Assembly: GCA_964242365.1 (NCBI GenBank)
Contig: CAXTCS010000001.1
Location: 1 to 51,627 of the forward strand
From: an uncultured Hymenobacter sp.
GTDB taxonomy: Bacteria; Bacteroidota; Bacteroidia; Cytophagales; Hymenobacteraceae
Length of the DNA stretch: 51,627 nucleotides
Direction: 5' to 3'
A program made the position numbers and the translations under genes. Below are positions 19,636-29,804 of this stretch, piece after piece. How positions within the stretch are numbered: position 1 is the stretch's first letter; every line of letters starts with the position of its first letter. Under the pieces are notes generated by a model. That model saw only the letters and a program-made list of their open reading frames with translations, did not search any database and was not told the DNA's origin.

Positions 19636-20163
19636 CTAGCTAACTACCAGGGTCGGGGCCTCCATATAAGTGCCGCACACCTTGCAGGTACGCTTGTCGT
19701 CGTCTTGCCAAAAGGCGTTCATAATAGGCGGGAGCTGGGCCACGATGTCGGTAATTTCAGCGAATTCCTCGTAGAGTTTATTGCCGCAGTTTTCGCAGTA
19801 CCACTGAAAGCCGTCCGGTTCTCCGGCCTCGCGGTAGCGCTCCAGCACCAGCCCCACGGTGCCCGCCGGACGGCGCGGTGAGTGCGGCACGTTGGGCGGC
19901 AGCAAGAACATTTCGCCGGGGCCAATGGCGATGTCTACTGGCCGACCGTCTTCAATGATTTTCACCGTCATCGTGCCCTCGATTTGCCAGAACAGCTCTT
20001 CGCCGGCGTCCACGTGGTAGTCTTTGCGGGCGTTGGGACCGCCCACCACCATCACGATAAAGTCTTTATTGTCTTTGAACACCTGCTGGTTACCCACGGG
20101 GGGCTTTAGCAAATGGCGGTGTTCGTCAATCCACTGCTGAATATTGAAGGGGCGGGTAATCAT
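19636..20163 (-). CDS. nbaC: 3-hydroxyanthranilate 3,4-dioxygenase
   Basis: LKPPVGN, VGGPNARKDYH, EELFWQ, VPHSP, rubredoxin-like CENC...CKVC. Confidence 0.97.
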   Translation of the reverse strand: MITRPFNIQQWIDEHRHLLKPPVGNQQVFKDNKDFIVMVVGGPNARKDYHVDAGEELFWQIEGTMTVKIIEDGRPVDIAIGPGEMFLLPPNVPHSPRRPAGTVGLVLERYREAGEPDGFQWYCENCGNKLYEEFAEITDIVAQLPPIMNAFWQDDDKRTCKVCGTYMEAPTLVVS

Positions 20164-20493
20164 GGGCGGGGGCGGTTAAGACGAAGCCGGTGGAACCAAT
20201 CGGGTACTTGCTGCTAAAAATCGAGCTCATCGGGCGTATGGGTAAAGGTAATGGGGTTTTTGTGCCCTTGCCCGCATATTTTGAGCCGAATCAGGCTGCG
20301 GATGTTACTGAGCCGCTTGCCGTGCTGGCCCATAGCGCTTTCTCCTTAAGTAAGTGCGCGAACTACCCGGTGGTGGCAGGTACTTGCCAATTTGCTTTGC
20401 GCAGCCCTCAACCTGAGCAGCCCGATGCCCGAGTGAGCTTCCGATAGCAAACCGAAACGTTTATCGGATATTTGCAAGGAGCTACTCACCTCT

Positions 20494-21240
20494 TTGGTTT
20501 CTACATTGCCTGATTCCTTGCCTGCTTCGGTATTCGCGTTGGTTTTGCCTTGCTATAATCCGCCCGAAGGTTGGGCGGCTAACATTTTGGTCAGTCTGAA
20601 TCGGTTACAACTGTTGCTTCCTGCTGCTACAAGCGTCCATTTATACCTCATCAACGACGGTACGGCGGGCGTCGCAGACGCCGATTTGATGTTGCTACGG
20701 GCGCACCTGCCGCAGTTTACGTACCTGCAATACCCCATCAATCACGGCAAAGGCTACGCCTTGCGCACCGGCGTAAAGCAGGTGCTGGAGCCCCTGTGTC
20801 TGTTTACCGACATTGATTTCCCGTACGAAGAAGCAAGCGTAGCCGCTGTGTACGAGGCCCTGCGCGCCGGCCGGGGCGACGTAGTAGTTGGCACGCGCGA
20901 CGAAGCCTATTATGCCCGTGTGCCCAAGGGACGCGTTTTGATTTCCAAGACGTTGCGCCGCAGTACCCGGCTGTTGCTGGGGCTGGCCGTCTCGGATACG
21001 CAGTGTGGCTTGAAAGGCTTTAACCAGCGCGGCCGGGCGGTGTTTTTGAACGGTCAAATCGACCGGTATTTATTCGATTTGGAATTTATTTTTTTGGCGT
21101 CGAGGCCAGTCGCTGGCCTACAAGTCATTCCCCTGCCCGTGCGCCTGAAGCCCGGGATAATATTTTCACGAATGAGCCCGCGGATTCTACTTGCCGAAAG
21201 CGGCAGTTTCCTCAAAATCCTTTTGGCCCGACTTGTGTGA
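20494..21240 (+). CDS. GT2 glycosyltransferase (polyprenol-phosphate glycosyltransferase-like)
   Basis: LPCYNP, INDG, NHGKGYALRTG, FTDID, SDTQCGLKGF, YLFDLE. Overlaps the start of the next gene (GTGA). Confidence 0.85.
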   Translation: MVSTLPDSLPASVFALVLPCYNPPEGWAANILVSLNRLQLLLPAATSVHLYLINDGTAGVADADLMLLRAHLPQFTYLQYPINHGKGYALRTGVKQVLEPLCLFTDIDFPYEEASVAAVYEALRAGRGDVVVGTRDEAYYARVPKGRVLISKTLRRSTRLLLGLAVSDTQCGLKGFNQRGRAVFLNGQIDRYLFDLEFIFLASRPVAGLQVIPLPVRLKPGIIFSRMSPRILLAESGSFLKILLARLV

Positions 21241-23603
21241 AGGCCCGTTTCTCTTCCCGTACGGTCGACTGGCTCACGCACGTAACGGTATTGTTGGCCG
21301 TCGCCCTGCTGATAATGGCGCTTTTTGGGCCCGTACTCTGGCATCCTGGACGGTACCTGTTCAGCTCGGTCGAAGACGGCCTGAAGAACTATTACACGGC
21401 CATATGGTACGTACACCACGACGCCGGCTGGTGGTTTACGGGCATGAATTACCCGTTTGGCGAACACGTCGTGTTCACCGACAACCAACCGCTGCTTTCC
21501 TTCGTGCTCGCCGCGCTGCGGCGCAGGGGCGTGGCCGTAAATGTGCTGGCTGTTATCAACGGGAGCATGCTTTTGGCGCAGCTGCTCAGCGCGCCGCCCT
21601 TGCTGGCTTTGCTGCGCCGCTGCCGCCTACCGGCTTGGTACGCAGGCATGGCTACCGTTCTTATTGTGCTGCTGGCCCCTCAACTCGACCGGCTGCTGGG
21701 CCATTATGCGCTGGCTTATTCCTGTGTGGTGCCCATCCTGTGGTACATAGCCGTACGTGCCACCGAAGGCCCGCGGCGCCTGCGGTGGTACGGGACTTAC
21801 GCAGTGGTCACGCTTTTTTTTGGCTGCCTGCATCCGTATTATTTCCCCATCAGTGCGCTGTTGCTGCTGGCCTACAGTGCCGTGGCATGGTGGCAATATC
21901 CTGCTCAAACGACCTGGCAGCAACGGGTGCGCTACTGGCTGCCCGTGCTGCTAACCTTGGCCGTTCCCATCGTTCTTTTCCAAGCAGCGTTGGCCCTGAC
22001 AGACCCGTACTCGGCCGACCGGCCAAGCAACCCATACGGGTTCTTTGCCTACAGCTCCTCGGTTTGGAGCGTATTTTTTCCGGTTGAGGAACCCGTGCGC
22101 GGGTGGTGGCAGCGCATTTTTAATACCCCCGACCCAAGCTGGGAAGGACAAGCGTACGTGGGCCTGGTGGGTACTTTCGTAGCCATCGGTACCTTGGTGC
22201 GGGTGGGCTGGCACCTGTATCGGCGCCACTGGCAGCGGCTGCGGCGGCCCGCGCTGCCCCCGGTACTGCGAATCAGCTTGTGGGCGGCCTTCCTCATCTT
22301 GTTGTTTGCGATGGGCTGGCCTTTTCGGTGGGGCCTGGAAGGACTACTGCCCTTTCTAGGGCCGATTCGCCAGTTCCGCTCCATCGGGCGCTTTGCCTGG
22401 ATTTTTTACTACCTCTATTCCGTGTACGGTGCCTACGCGCTGTACCAAGCTTTCCGCTGGCTGCGCCAGCGTAAGAAACCGCTCCGAGCCACCGTGCTGC
22501 TTTTGGCCGCCCTGCTGCTGTGGGCGGCCGAAAGCGTGTTCAATATTGGTCACAAAGCCTTCCTGATTCGGCACCCGCGCGCCCTCGGCCGCACGCTGTC
22601 GGCGGCCGCTGCCAAAACATCGCTTTACCAACGGCGGCTGGCTGTGGCCGGGCAGCACGCTTCTGCTTACCAAGCAATCCTGCCAATACCGTACTATGCG
22701 TTAGGAAGCGAGGTTTTTTCAACGTTCAACAGCGACCTGAGCTCGTACGAAAGCATGCGGGCCTCGCTCGAAACGGGCCTTCCCATTGCGGCAACCATGC
22801 TTTCGCGCACACCGCTCTACCAAGCGCAGGCCCTGAAACAATTGCTAAGCCATGCGGCCATCGATAAAACCGTGTTGAGGCACTTGCCCGACCAGCGGCC
22901 GCTATTGCTGGTCGTATCGGCCACGGCCCCACGCGATTCAGCCGAAAATTCGCTACTGGCCCGCGCCCACATTTTTTACCGCGATTCGGCCGTGTGGTTG
23001 GCCGAGCTGCCGCTCAGCCGGTTGGAAGCGCGCCGGGCTTTTGCCGCGGACTTTTGGCGGCAGCAACCGGCCCTTTACGCCCACCCCGGCTACTGGTCGT
23101 CGATATTTAGGCCGCAAGTCGTTCACCGGAGCTTCGACTCGCCTAACCCGGCAGTTGCGTTTCCGACGGCCGTCGCGCCTTTGTTGGGCGCGGGCGCCCA
23201 GGCCGTGCGCAAGGGAGGATTTTTGTTGTTTAACCAAGCGCTATCACAATCCGATTGGTATGAGGCCTCGGTGTGGGCATACATACGCACCGAAAATCTG
23301 CCGGATTTGCACTGGAGCCTAACCGATGCCCGAGGCGCTGTCCGGGATAGCAGCGTGCTTGAAACCAAGTTTAGCACCGACATTCTCGGTGATTGGGTCC
23401 GCTTAACGGCGCAAATTCACAACGGCCAGCCCGGTCAGCGGTTGCGCGTGTGGCTGAAGGGCCGCAAATACATCGTTGACGAATTTGAGTTGCGCCCTGC
23501 TCAAGCCACTATTTGGCGACGTGATTCGCTAAGAGCCATCTTGGTCCGCAACAACTATCCGCTCCAGCCCCAGCCCCACGGTGCCCGCCGGACGGCGCGG
23601 TGA
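21237..23603 (+). CDS. Multi-TM GT-C-like (YfhO-like) glycosyltransferase with C-terminal CBM-like domain
   Basis: EDGLKNYY, GMNYPFGEH, QFRSIGRFAW, YQAILPIPYY; about 11 TM segments followed by a soluble domain. Confidence 0.7.
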   Translation: MKARFSSRTVDWLTHVTVLLAVALLIMALFGPVLWHPGRYLFSSVEDGLKNYYTAIWYVHHDAGWWFTGMNYPFGEHVVFTDNQPLLSFVLAALRRRGVAVNVLAVINGSMLLAQLLSAPPLLALLRRCRLPAWYAGMATVLIVLLAPQLDRLLGHYALAYSCVVPILWYIAVRATEGPRRLRWYGTYAVVTLFFGCLHPYYFPISALLLLAYSAVAWWQYPAQTTWQQRVRYWLPVLLTLAVPIVLFQAALALTDPYSADRPSNPYGFFAYSSSVWSVFFPVEEPVRGWWQRIFNTPDPSWEGQAYVGLVGTFVAIGTLVRVGWHLYRRHWQRLRRPALPPVLRISLWAAFLILLFAMGWPFRWGLEGLLPFLGPIRQFRSIGRFAWIFYYLYSVYGAYALYQAFRWLRQRKKPLRATVLLLAALLLWAAESVFNIGHKAFLIRHPRALGRTLSAAAAKTSLYQRRLAVAGQHASAYQAILPIPYYALGSEVFSTFNSDLSSYESMRASLETGLPIAATMLSRTPLYQAQALKQLLSHAAIDKTVLRHLPDQRPLLLVVSATAPRDSAENSLLARAHIFYRDSAVWLAELPLSRLEARRAFAADFWRQQPALYAHPGYWSSIFRPQVVHRSFDSPNPAVAFPTAVAPLLGAGAQAVRKGGFLLFNQALSQSDWYEASVWAYIRTENLPDLHWSLTDARGAVRDSSVLETKFSTDILGDWVRLTAQIHNGQPGQRLRVWLKGRKYIVDEFELRPAQATIWRRDSLRAILVRNNYPLQPQPHGARRTAR

Positions 23604-23872
23604 GAGCGGCACGTTGGGCGGCCGCAGACACATTTCCCCGGCCTCAATTGCGATGTCTACCGGCTGGCCGTCTTCGATGATTTTGACACTCATCGGGCCT
23701 CCCTGCTGAAAAAAAACAGCCCCTCGCCGGCGTCCACGCGGTAGTCTTTGCCGGCGTTGGGGCCGCCAACCATTACGATAAAGTCCTTCCTGTCTTTGAA
23801 TACCTGCTGGTTGCTCACTGGGGCTTGGGCAGGTGGCGACATTCGGTTATCCTCTGCTTGAAATTGAAAGGG
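23560..23872 (-). pseudogene. nbaC: Frameshifted relic of the 5' ~60% of nbaC
   Basis: Colinear with 19838-20153 (NQQVFKD, DFIVMV-GGPNAGKDYRVDAGEG, KIIEDG, PPNVPLSPRRPAGTVGL). Contains indels, including an A8 run, and has no start codon. Confidence 0.9.
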
Positions 23873-23924
23873 TAGGAAGCGGTTTGGGGCGAACGGTTCG
23901 CCTAAATTAGCTCAGAGGCCGCAC

Positions 23925-23932
23925 TACTTTTG
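23925..23932 (+). promoter_or_regulatory. Bacteroidota -7 promoter element (TAnnTTTG)
   Basis: TACTTTTG upstream of the CDS at 23977. Confidence 0.5.
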
Positions 23933-23976
23933 CGGCATGGCCGACGAGATGCTTCGTTGGCACCGGCTGCCCCGTT

Positions 23977-25779
23977 ATGCCAGAAGCAATTCGTTCCGTT
24001 TATTTCCGTCCGGCGCTGGCCTGGCAGTGGCTGGTGGCGGGGGCAATGGCCTACGCCGGGCTGTTTGTGCTGTATTCGTGGCCGCTGGCGCGGGAGTTTC
24101 GCACGGCTTTCGTGGGCTTGGCCCAGGGCGATGCCAACCAATACGTCTGGAACGCCTACAACTTCCAGCGGCAAGTGGCCGCCGGAGCCAATCCGTTCCA
24201 CACGCCCCTGTTTCTCTACCCCCGGGGTGTGGGCTTGTGGCTGCACACCTACACGCCCATTTTGGGCCTGCTGAACGTGTTGTTGCGACAGGAAATCCTG
24301 GCCGTGAACGTAGGGCTGCTGCTGAGCTTCGTGCTGTCGGGCATTGGCGCGGCGCGGCTGGCCGGGCGCTGGCTGCAAAGCCCGGTGCTGTGCTTGCTAA
24401 CGGGGTTTGTTTTCGCGTTTTCGCCCTATAAAGTAGCGCATTGGCCCGAGCACTATCATTTGCTGCTCACGGCTACCGTGCCCTTCTACCTCAGCTTTTT
24501 TCTGGAGGCCTTTCTGTTTACGCCCGGGCAATTGCTGCCACAGGTAAGGAATAAGTATAATGCGTGGTACTGCGCTGTTTTATTGGCAGTTACATTGCTC
24601 AGCGACTATTACACGTTATCAGGGCTGGTGTACTTCTCCGTGGGCTATGCCGCGTGGTTCTGGTTACGGCTGGGCGAAATAAATTGGCGCCGGCGCCGGC
24701 CTTGGCTGGTGCTGCTGGTGGCAGTCGTAGCCGGGCATATAGTGTTACGCCTGGTGTCGTTGGCTGGGGTGCCCGACAACGCCGGCTTCTGGTGGGGCGG
24801 CGACCTGGCGGGGTATCTGGTTCCACCCCTCGGCAATCGCTGGCTGGCCACGGCCGCTACCAATGCGTTATGGCAAAGCAAGCAGTTCAATACGCCCGGT
24901 AGTGTCGAAAACTTTATGTTTTTGGGGTATGCCCTGCCGGTGCTGGCGCTGGTGCTCGCCTTTGTTCGCCGCCGGGCACAGCCGCCGGGCGTGGCGGCAC
25001 CGGCGGCTGTGCCCGGCGATGCCCGGCCATTGTGGGCGCTGGTGCTGTTGTTCTTCCTGCTTACCATGCCGGTAGTCAAGCTCATGGGCCACACCATTGT
25101 GCGTTCGCCCACCGGGCTGGTGCATTACGTGCCATTTCTCAATAATATTCGGTGCCCCACGCGGCACGTGCTGCTGCTCACGCTGCTGTTGCCCCTCGCC
25201 ACGTTCATCCGCCTGGAGCAATGGTGGCAGCTGCGCCCCGCCGGGTGGCGCCTGGCGCTGGCGGGGCTGCTGAGCGTGGTGATAGGGCTGGAATTTCAGG
25301 CCCGTCCGTACCCCCTCATTCGCGTGGCCGATGTGCCACAAGTATATGCCGTAGCGGCGGCGCTGCCCGGCCCAACGCTCTACCCCATTCCGGTTGGGCT
25401 GCTCGATGGCTACCGCCAAGTGGGGCACATGAACCCTGACGAGCTGTTCTACCAAACGCGCCATCACAAGGCCCTGCCGGGGGCCTACATTTCGCGGATA
25501 CCCGCCGCTACTTTCACGGCCTTCGACAACGCCGACCCCGTGCAACACGCCCTGCTGAGGGCCCAGCAGCCGGACTCTTTGCAGCCTGCACAGCCCACCA
25601 CCGCCCAAACGCTGGCTTTCTTGCGACGGTACCAGCCGGCGGCCTTCGTCGTGCATCCGGAATTCCGGAATTCCCCTGCGCATCAGCTACTGCGCCGGCT
25701 ATTGCAGCCCATTGGCTACGCCGAGCAAACGGTACAAGGCTACATACTGATTCGCCCAGCTGCCGGACCTGTACACTAA
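23977..25779 (+). CDS. Multi-TM GT-C-like glycosyltransferase
   Basis: GDANQYVWN, LFLYPRG, FAFSPY, IRCPTRH; many TM segments and a short soluble C-terminal domain. Confidence 0.7.
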   Translation: MPEAIRSVYFRPALAWQWLVAGAMAYAGLFVLYSWPLAREFRTAFVGLAQGDANQYVWNAYNFQRQVAAGANPFHTPLFLYPRGVGLWLHTYTPILGLLNVLLRQEILAVNVGLLLSFVLSGIGAARLAGRWLQSPVLCLLTGFVFAFSPYKVAHWPEHYHLLLTATVPFYLSFFLEAFLFTPGQLLPQVRNKYNAWYCAVLLAVTLLSDYYTLSGLVYFSVGYAAWFWLRLGEINWRRRRPWLVLLVAVVAGHIVLRLVSLAGVPDNAGFWWGGDLAGYLVPPLGNRWLATAATNALWQSKQFNTPGSVENFMFLGYALPVLALVLAFVRRRAQPPGVAAPAAVPGDARPLWALVLLFFLLTMPVVKLMGHTIVRSPTGLVHYVPFLNNIRCPTRHVLLLTLLLPLATFIRLEQWWQLRPAGWRLALAGLLSVVIGLEFQARPYPLIRVADVPQVYAVAAALPGPTLYPIPVGLLDGYRQVGHMNPDELFYQTRHHKALPGAYISRIPAATFTAFDNADPVQHALLRAQQPDSLQPAQPTTAQTLAFLRRYQPAAFVVHPEFRNSPAHQLLRRLLQPIGYAEQTVQGYILIRPAAGPVH

Positions 25780-25797
25780 TTAAAATCAAGTAATTAC

Positions 25798-26583
25798 ATG
25801 GACCTCCTTCCTTACCGCGCCCTGGTGGGCGGCAGCACCCAGGGCATTGGCCGGGCCGTGGCCCTGGCCCTGGCCGAACGCGGCTGCGCCGTCACGCTGC
25901 TGGCCCGCAACGAAGACCGGCTGCGCGAAACCGCCGCCGCGCTGCCCACTCCGACCGGCCACGTACACGACTACCTGGTAGCCGATTTCGATGCCCCCGA
26001 CCACCTGGCCCGCGTAGTGCGGGAGTACCTAACCCAGCACCCCGCCGGCTTCCACATCTTGGTAAACAACACCGGGGGCCCGCCCGGCGGGCCCCTCCTC
26101 GGCGCGTCGGTGGCGGAGTTGCAGCTGGCCTTCAACCAGCACCTCGTCTGCAATCACTTGCTGGCCCAGGCCGTGGTGCCGGCCATGCGGGCGGCCGGCT
26201 TCGGGCGCATCATCAACATCGTCAGCACGTCGGTGAAAGTGCCGCTGGCGGGCCTGGGCGTGAGCAATACCATCCGCGGGGCCGTGGCCAGCTGGGCCAA
26301 AACCCTGGCCAATGAACTGGGTCCGCACGGCATCACGGTCAACAACGTGCTGCCCGGCGCCACCCTCACCCAGCGCCATACCTCTCTCGTCGAAAAGAAA
26401 GCCGCCCAAACCGGCCAGCCCGCCGAAGCCATCGAAGCCGAGATGCTGAAGCTGATTCCGGCCCGGCGCTTCGGGCTGGCCGAGGAAGTAGCGGCGGCCG
26501 TGGCGTTTTTGGCCTCGCCGGCGGCCGGCTACATCACCGGCACCAGCGTGCCCGTCGACGGCGGCCGCACCGGCAGCCTGTAG
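25798..26583 (+). CDS. Short-chain dehydrogenase/reductase (atypical; probably linked to the kynurenine genes)
   Basis: [21 protein letters not shown] in place of Yxxx[13 protein letters not shown]. Confidence 0.9.
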   Translation: MDLLPYRALVGGSTQGIGRAVALALAERGCAVTLLARNEDRLRETAAALPTPTGHVHDYLVADFDAPDHLARVVREYLTQHPAGFHILVNNTGGPPGGPLLGASVAELQLAFNQHLVCNHLLAQAVVPAMRAAGFGRIINIVSTSVKVPLAGLGVSNTIRGAVASWAKTLANELGPHGITVNNVLPGATLTQRHTSLVEKKAAQTGQPAEAIEAEMLKLIPARRFGLAEEVAAAVAFLASPAAGYITGTSVPVDGGRTGSL

Positions 26584-26669
26584 CCCGGTGCCTGCCGAAA
26601 AATGAGGGGTTTTCGGCTCGTCGGCCGGTTCTTCACTTCTCATTCTTCATTCCTCATCAAGCGCGGCGT

Positions 26670-26677
26670 TACTTTTG
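26670..26677 (+). promoter_or_regulatory. Bacteroidota -7 promoter element
   Basis: TACTTTTG about 22 nt upstream of the GT2 start. Confidence 0.55.
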
Positions 26678-26699
26678 CTTTCTCCAAACCTTACCGATT

Positions 26700-27425
26700 T
26701 TGGTAAAATTCGACACGCTTTCCATCGTCATTCCCGTCTACAACGAGGCCCGCACCATTCACCAGATTCTGGATTTGCTGCGCGAGCTGAAGCTGGTGAA
26801 TAACATCGGCAAGGAAATCATTCTCGTCAACGACTGCTCGACCGATGCCTCGGCCGAGACCATCCGGGCCTACGCGGCGCGCCACCCCGAAATGGGCCTG
26901 CGCCTGCTCGACCACGCCGTGAACCAAGGCAAAGGCGCCGCCCTGCACACGGGCATCCGCGAGGCCACCGGCGACTACGTCATCATCCAGGATGCCGACC
27001 TGGAATACGACCCCGAGGAATACAACTTGTTGGTAAAGCCCATTTTGAAGGGATTTGCCGACGTGGTTTTTGGCTCCCGCTTTCTGGGCGGCAACCCCCA
27101 CCGCATCCTGTTTTTCTGGCACAGCATCGGCAACTACTGGCTCACGCTGTTCTCAAACATGGTGACCGACCTGAACCTGACCGACATGGAAACCTGCTAC
27201 AAGCTGTTCCGGCGCGACATCATCCAGGGCCTGACGCTCGAAGAAAAACGCTTCGGCTTCGAGCCCGAAGTAACCGCCAAAGTCGCCCGCGTAAAGGACG
27301 TCCGCATCTACGAAGTGGGCATCAGCTACTACGGCCGCACCTATGCCGAGGGCAAAAAAATCGGCTGGCGCGACGGCTTTCGGGCCATTTACTGCATCGC
27401 CAAGTATGGGTTGCTGGGGCGGTAA
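26700..27425 (+). CDS. GT2 glycosyltransferase (DPM1-like polyprenol-phosphate sugar synthase)
   Basis: [52 protein letters not shown]. Confidence 0.93.
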   Translation: MVKFDTLSIVIPVYNEARTIHQILDLLRELKLVNNIGKEIILVNDCSTDASAETIRAYAARHPEMGLRLLDHAVNQGKGAALHTGIREATGDYVIIQDADLEYDPEEYNLLVKPILKGFADVVFGSRFLGGNPHRILFFWHSIGNYWLTLFSNMVTDLNLTDMETCYKLFRRDIIQGLTLEEKRFGFEPEVTAKVARVKDVRIYEVGISYYGRTYAEGKKIGWRDGFRAIYCIAKYGLLGR

Positions 27426-27476
27426 GCAAACGCCTTGCTCGCCTCAACGTTCACCAACACCCCCGTCCTAGCTGCT

Positions 27477-28028
27477 TTAATTGGTGATGCTTAAACTGAT
27501 GTCGTCGGCGTATACGTTTTCTGTGGCACCGGCCCGCCACAGGTAGCACTTGAGTTGATTAGTGTCCCGCACCGAATCGGGCAGCGTAAACGTTTGCGAA
27601 ACCTGCCGCCAGTCCTTGAAGCCTTTGGCGGTGGTTAGCGGAATGGTACCATAAAAGACGGGCGTGTTAAGCTCCGGTGAGCGCGCAATGGCCACCACCA
27701 AGCTGCTCGTGGCCTGAGCGCTGGGCACCCACACCCACGCCGATACGGTAACGGTTTTGATTTTCGCCACGCTCATCCTCCCCAGGCTTTGGGTGTAAGT
27801 GCAGCCAAACTCGTTCTGGGGCCCCACCCGCACGGCGTACTTGCCGGAGTGTGCCCGCTCGGTGGTCACGCTGGCATCGGCGGTGCCGTTCCAGCCCAGC
27901 ACGCTCTCAAAATCGTTGCGGGTTACTACCGTTCCTGTCGCCACGGCGTCGCCCTTGCCGGAGCACGAAGCCAGTAGCAGGCCAACAACGGCTGCCAAGC
28001 TGGCTGTGCCGAGAAAATGTTTCTCCAT
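27477..28028 (-). CDS. Lipoprotein with CBM-like beta-sandwich (paralog 2 of 4)
   Basis: MEKHFLG...LLLASC; NDFESVLGW, AHSGKY, VSAWVWVP, LKCYLWR, VYADDI. Confidence 0.82.
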   Translation of the reverse strand: MEKHFLGTASLAAVVGLLLASCSGKGDAVATGTVVTRNDFESVLGWNGTADASVTTERAHSGKYAVRVGPQNEFGCTYTQSLGRMSVAKIKTVTVSAWVWVPSAQATSSLVVAIARSPELNTPVFYGTIPLTTAKGFKDWRQVSQTFTLPDSVRDTNQLKCYLWRAGATENVYADDISLSITN

Positions 28029-28054
28029 TACGCTGATTGAAATATTTGGGAGCG

Positions 28055-28062
28055 CAAAGCTA
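28055..28062 (-). promoter_or_regulatory. Bacteroidota -7 promoter element
   Basis: TAGCTTTG on the minus strand upstream of ATG 28028. Confidence 0.5.
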
Positions 28063-28114
28063 CGAGAGTGCGCGCCAGACGTGCCGTAGCCATTCCTTTG
28101 GCCGCCCCGCAGCC

Positions 28115-29485
28115 TTATTCTGGGGCCGGAGGTGCGGGCGCCTGGGCCTGCCACGCGGTGCTCGGCCCCGAATGGGCCGGCCGTGCGATGATGGCCAGCG
28201 GCTGGACTGCGGTGCTTACGCCCTGCCGCAAGTACAGGGCGTAAGCACCGGGCGGCAAGGTTGGCCAGCAGGGCCGCCAAGTGTCTCCGCCGGGGGCCAC
28301 TCCGGCCGCTACGGCCCGGCCATGCAGGTCGCGCACGGTCCAGTGCACCGAATCAGGGGCCGGCGCCAGCACCCGCAGCTCGGGCATGCCCGTGGTTTGG
28401 TACCAAGTAGGGGCCCAGCGGCCGGCAATGGGCAGGGGTAGGGCCAGGTCGCGGGGCGGATTGTAGTTATCGACGAGTAGCAAGCCCAGGCGCCGGGGCT
28501 GCCGGGGCTCGGGGGCCAGCTGCCAGGTTTGGTGCGTGGCTTGGTCTGGCCGGCCGGGGGGTATTTCGGCCGGCAACCAGGCCAGCTCGGTTTGCGGAAA
28601 ACCACCGCTTGGACGCTGCACGGCGGGCACGGCCGGCAGCTGGCGCGGCCGGTACACCCGGATGTAGTCTACCACCAGGGTGTCGGCCGCTGTCTGGGCC
28701 CAGGTGAAGGCTGCGATGTTCAGAATCAGCGACATGGAGCAGCCAGCCGGCACAAACCGGGTTTCGCGTCGAATGGGAACGCCGTCGAAATAAAACGTGA
28801 CTTCGTTGGGCAGCCAACTCATGCCGTAGGTATGGAACTGCTCGTGCAGGTCGCCCGCAGGGTCGGTGTTATAAAACACGCTTTGGCAGGTCTGGTCCTC
28901 ACGGCGCGAGGGCCGCCAGTAGTTACCCGGAACGAGGTGGAAGTTGTTGGTTAAGAGGTCTGCGCTGGTTTCGAATATGTCGATTTCGTCGGGTGCGCCG
29001 CCGTATAGCCAGAATGCCGGGCCCGTGCCCGCGCTCTTGGGCTGCCGTGCGCGTACTTCAAACAAACCGTAGCTGAAGCCTGGGTCGTCGGGGTTGCAGT
29101 TGTTGGGCCGCAGAGGGTCCACGACATGCCGGCTCATGAGCATGGGCGTATCGTAGTGCAGCACTTTGCTCCGGTACTGCCGCGGCTCGGCTCGCCGCTG
29201 CATGGTCATGTTCAAGACGCCGTTGCCGGCGTGCAACGCTTCGGCGGTCGAGTAGCCGTTTTCGGTAGATGAAGTCGAGCTACGGCCCCACGGGTACGAA
29301 AACCGCCACCGCTGGGCCAGCACAGCCGTATCGAGTGGGGCATTGAACTCCTCGGCCCATTCCAGGCGCCAGTCGGCGTAGTTCACCCGGCCCTGCGCCT
29401 GCGCGGGCAGAAAGCTGGCACGGGCTAGCAGCAACAGACTGATAATTCGCAGCACTCCACCCAGCCTTTTCACTTTTTGTTTCAT
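28115..29485 (-). CDS. Glycoside hydrolase family 16 with degenerate T9SS type A C-terminal domain
   Basis: Signal peptide MKQKVK...AQA; WAEEFN, YGLFEVR, PAFWL, catalytic EIDIFE, FHTYGMSW, VDYIRVY. Tail VRDLHGR...LPPGAYALYL. Confidence 0.87.
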   Translation of the reverse strand: MKQKVKRLGGVLRIISLLLLARASFLPAQAQGRVNYADWRLEWAEEFNAPLDTAVLAQRWRFSYPWGRSSTSSTENGYSTAEALHAGNGVLNMTMQRRAEPRQYRSKVLHYDTPMLMSRHVVDPLRPNNCNPDDPGFSYGLFEVRARQPKSAGTGPAFWLYGGAPDEIDIFETSADLLTNNFHLVPGNYWRPSRREDQTCQSVFYNTDPAGDLHEQFHTYGMSWLPNEVTFYFDGVPIRRETRFVPAGCSMSLILNIAAFTWAQTAADTLVVDYIRVYRPRQLPAVPAVQRPSGGFPQTELAWLPAEIPPGRPDQATHQTWQLAPEPRQPRRLGLLLVDNYNPPRDLALPLPIAGRWAPTWYQTTGMPELRVLAPAPDSVHWTVRDLHGRAVAAGVAPGGDTWRPCWPTLPPGAYALYLRQGVSTAVQPLAIIARPAHSGPSTAWQAQAPAPPAPE

Positions 29486-29633
29486 ATTAGTTGTTTCGGG
29501 TGCAGGGGTTACCGGGCTTGTTGGGGCCTTGCAGCGGCAAGCTTGTACGCGGGTGGCGAGAAAATAACAGTGCATTCGGTTCTGGCGCAAATCGCCACTC
29601 AACTGAGTTGCCAGAACACGGCGGCACGTGCAA

Positions 29634-29699
29634 CAAAGGTAAAGTACCCCGCTAGGTGCGCTTTCAGGATGGGTACTCATCAATTGAGCCGTAGTTTTG
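29634..29699. promoter_or_regulatory. Divergent pair of -7 promoter elements
   Basis: TACCTTTG on the minus strand (29634-29641) and TAGTTTTG on the plus strand (29692-29699), between the divergent GH16 and GT-C genes. Confidence 0.45.
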
Positions 29700-29804
29700 A
29701 AAGCCAGAAAATCCGGCCGGACAGGAGCTTTTTGCCGCAAGGCTGGCTCTTGCGAATCGGCTGCCAGGGTGCTGGCCGCAGTTCACGTTCAATACTTTTT
29801 CTCC

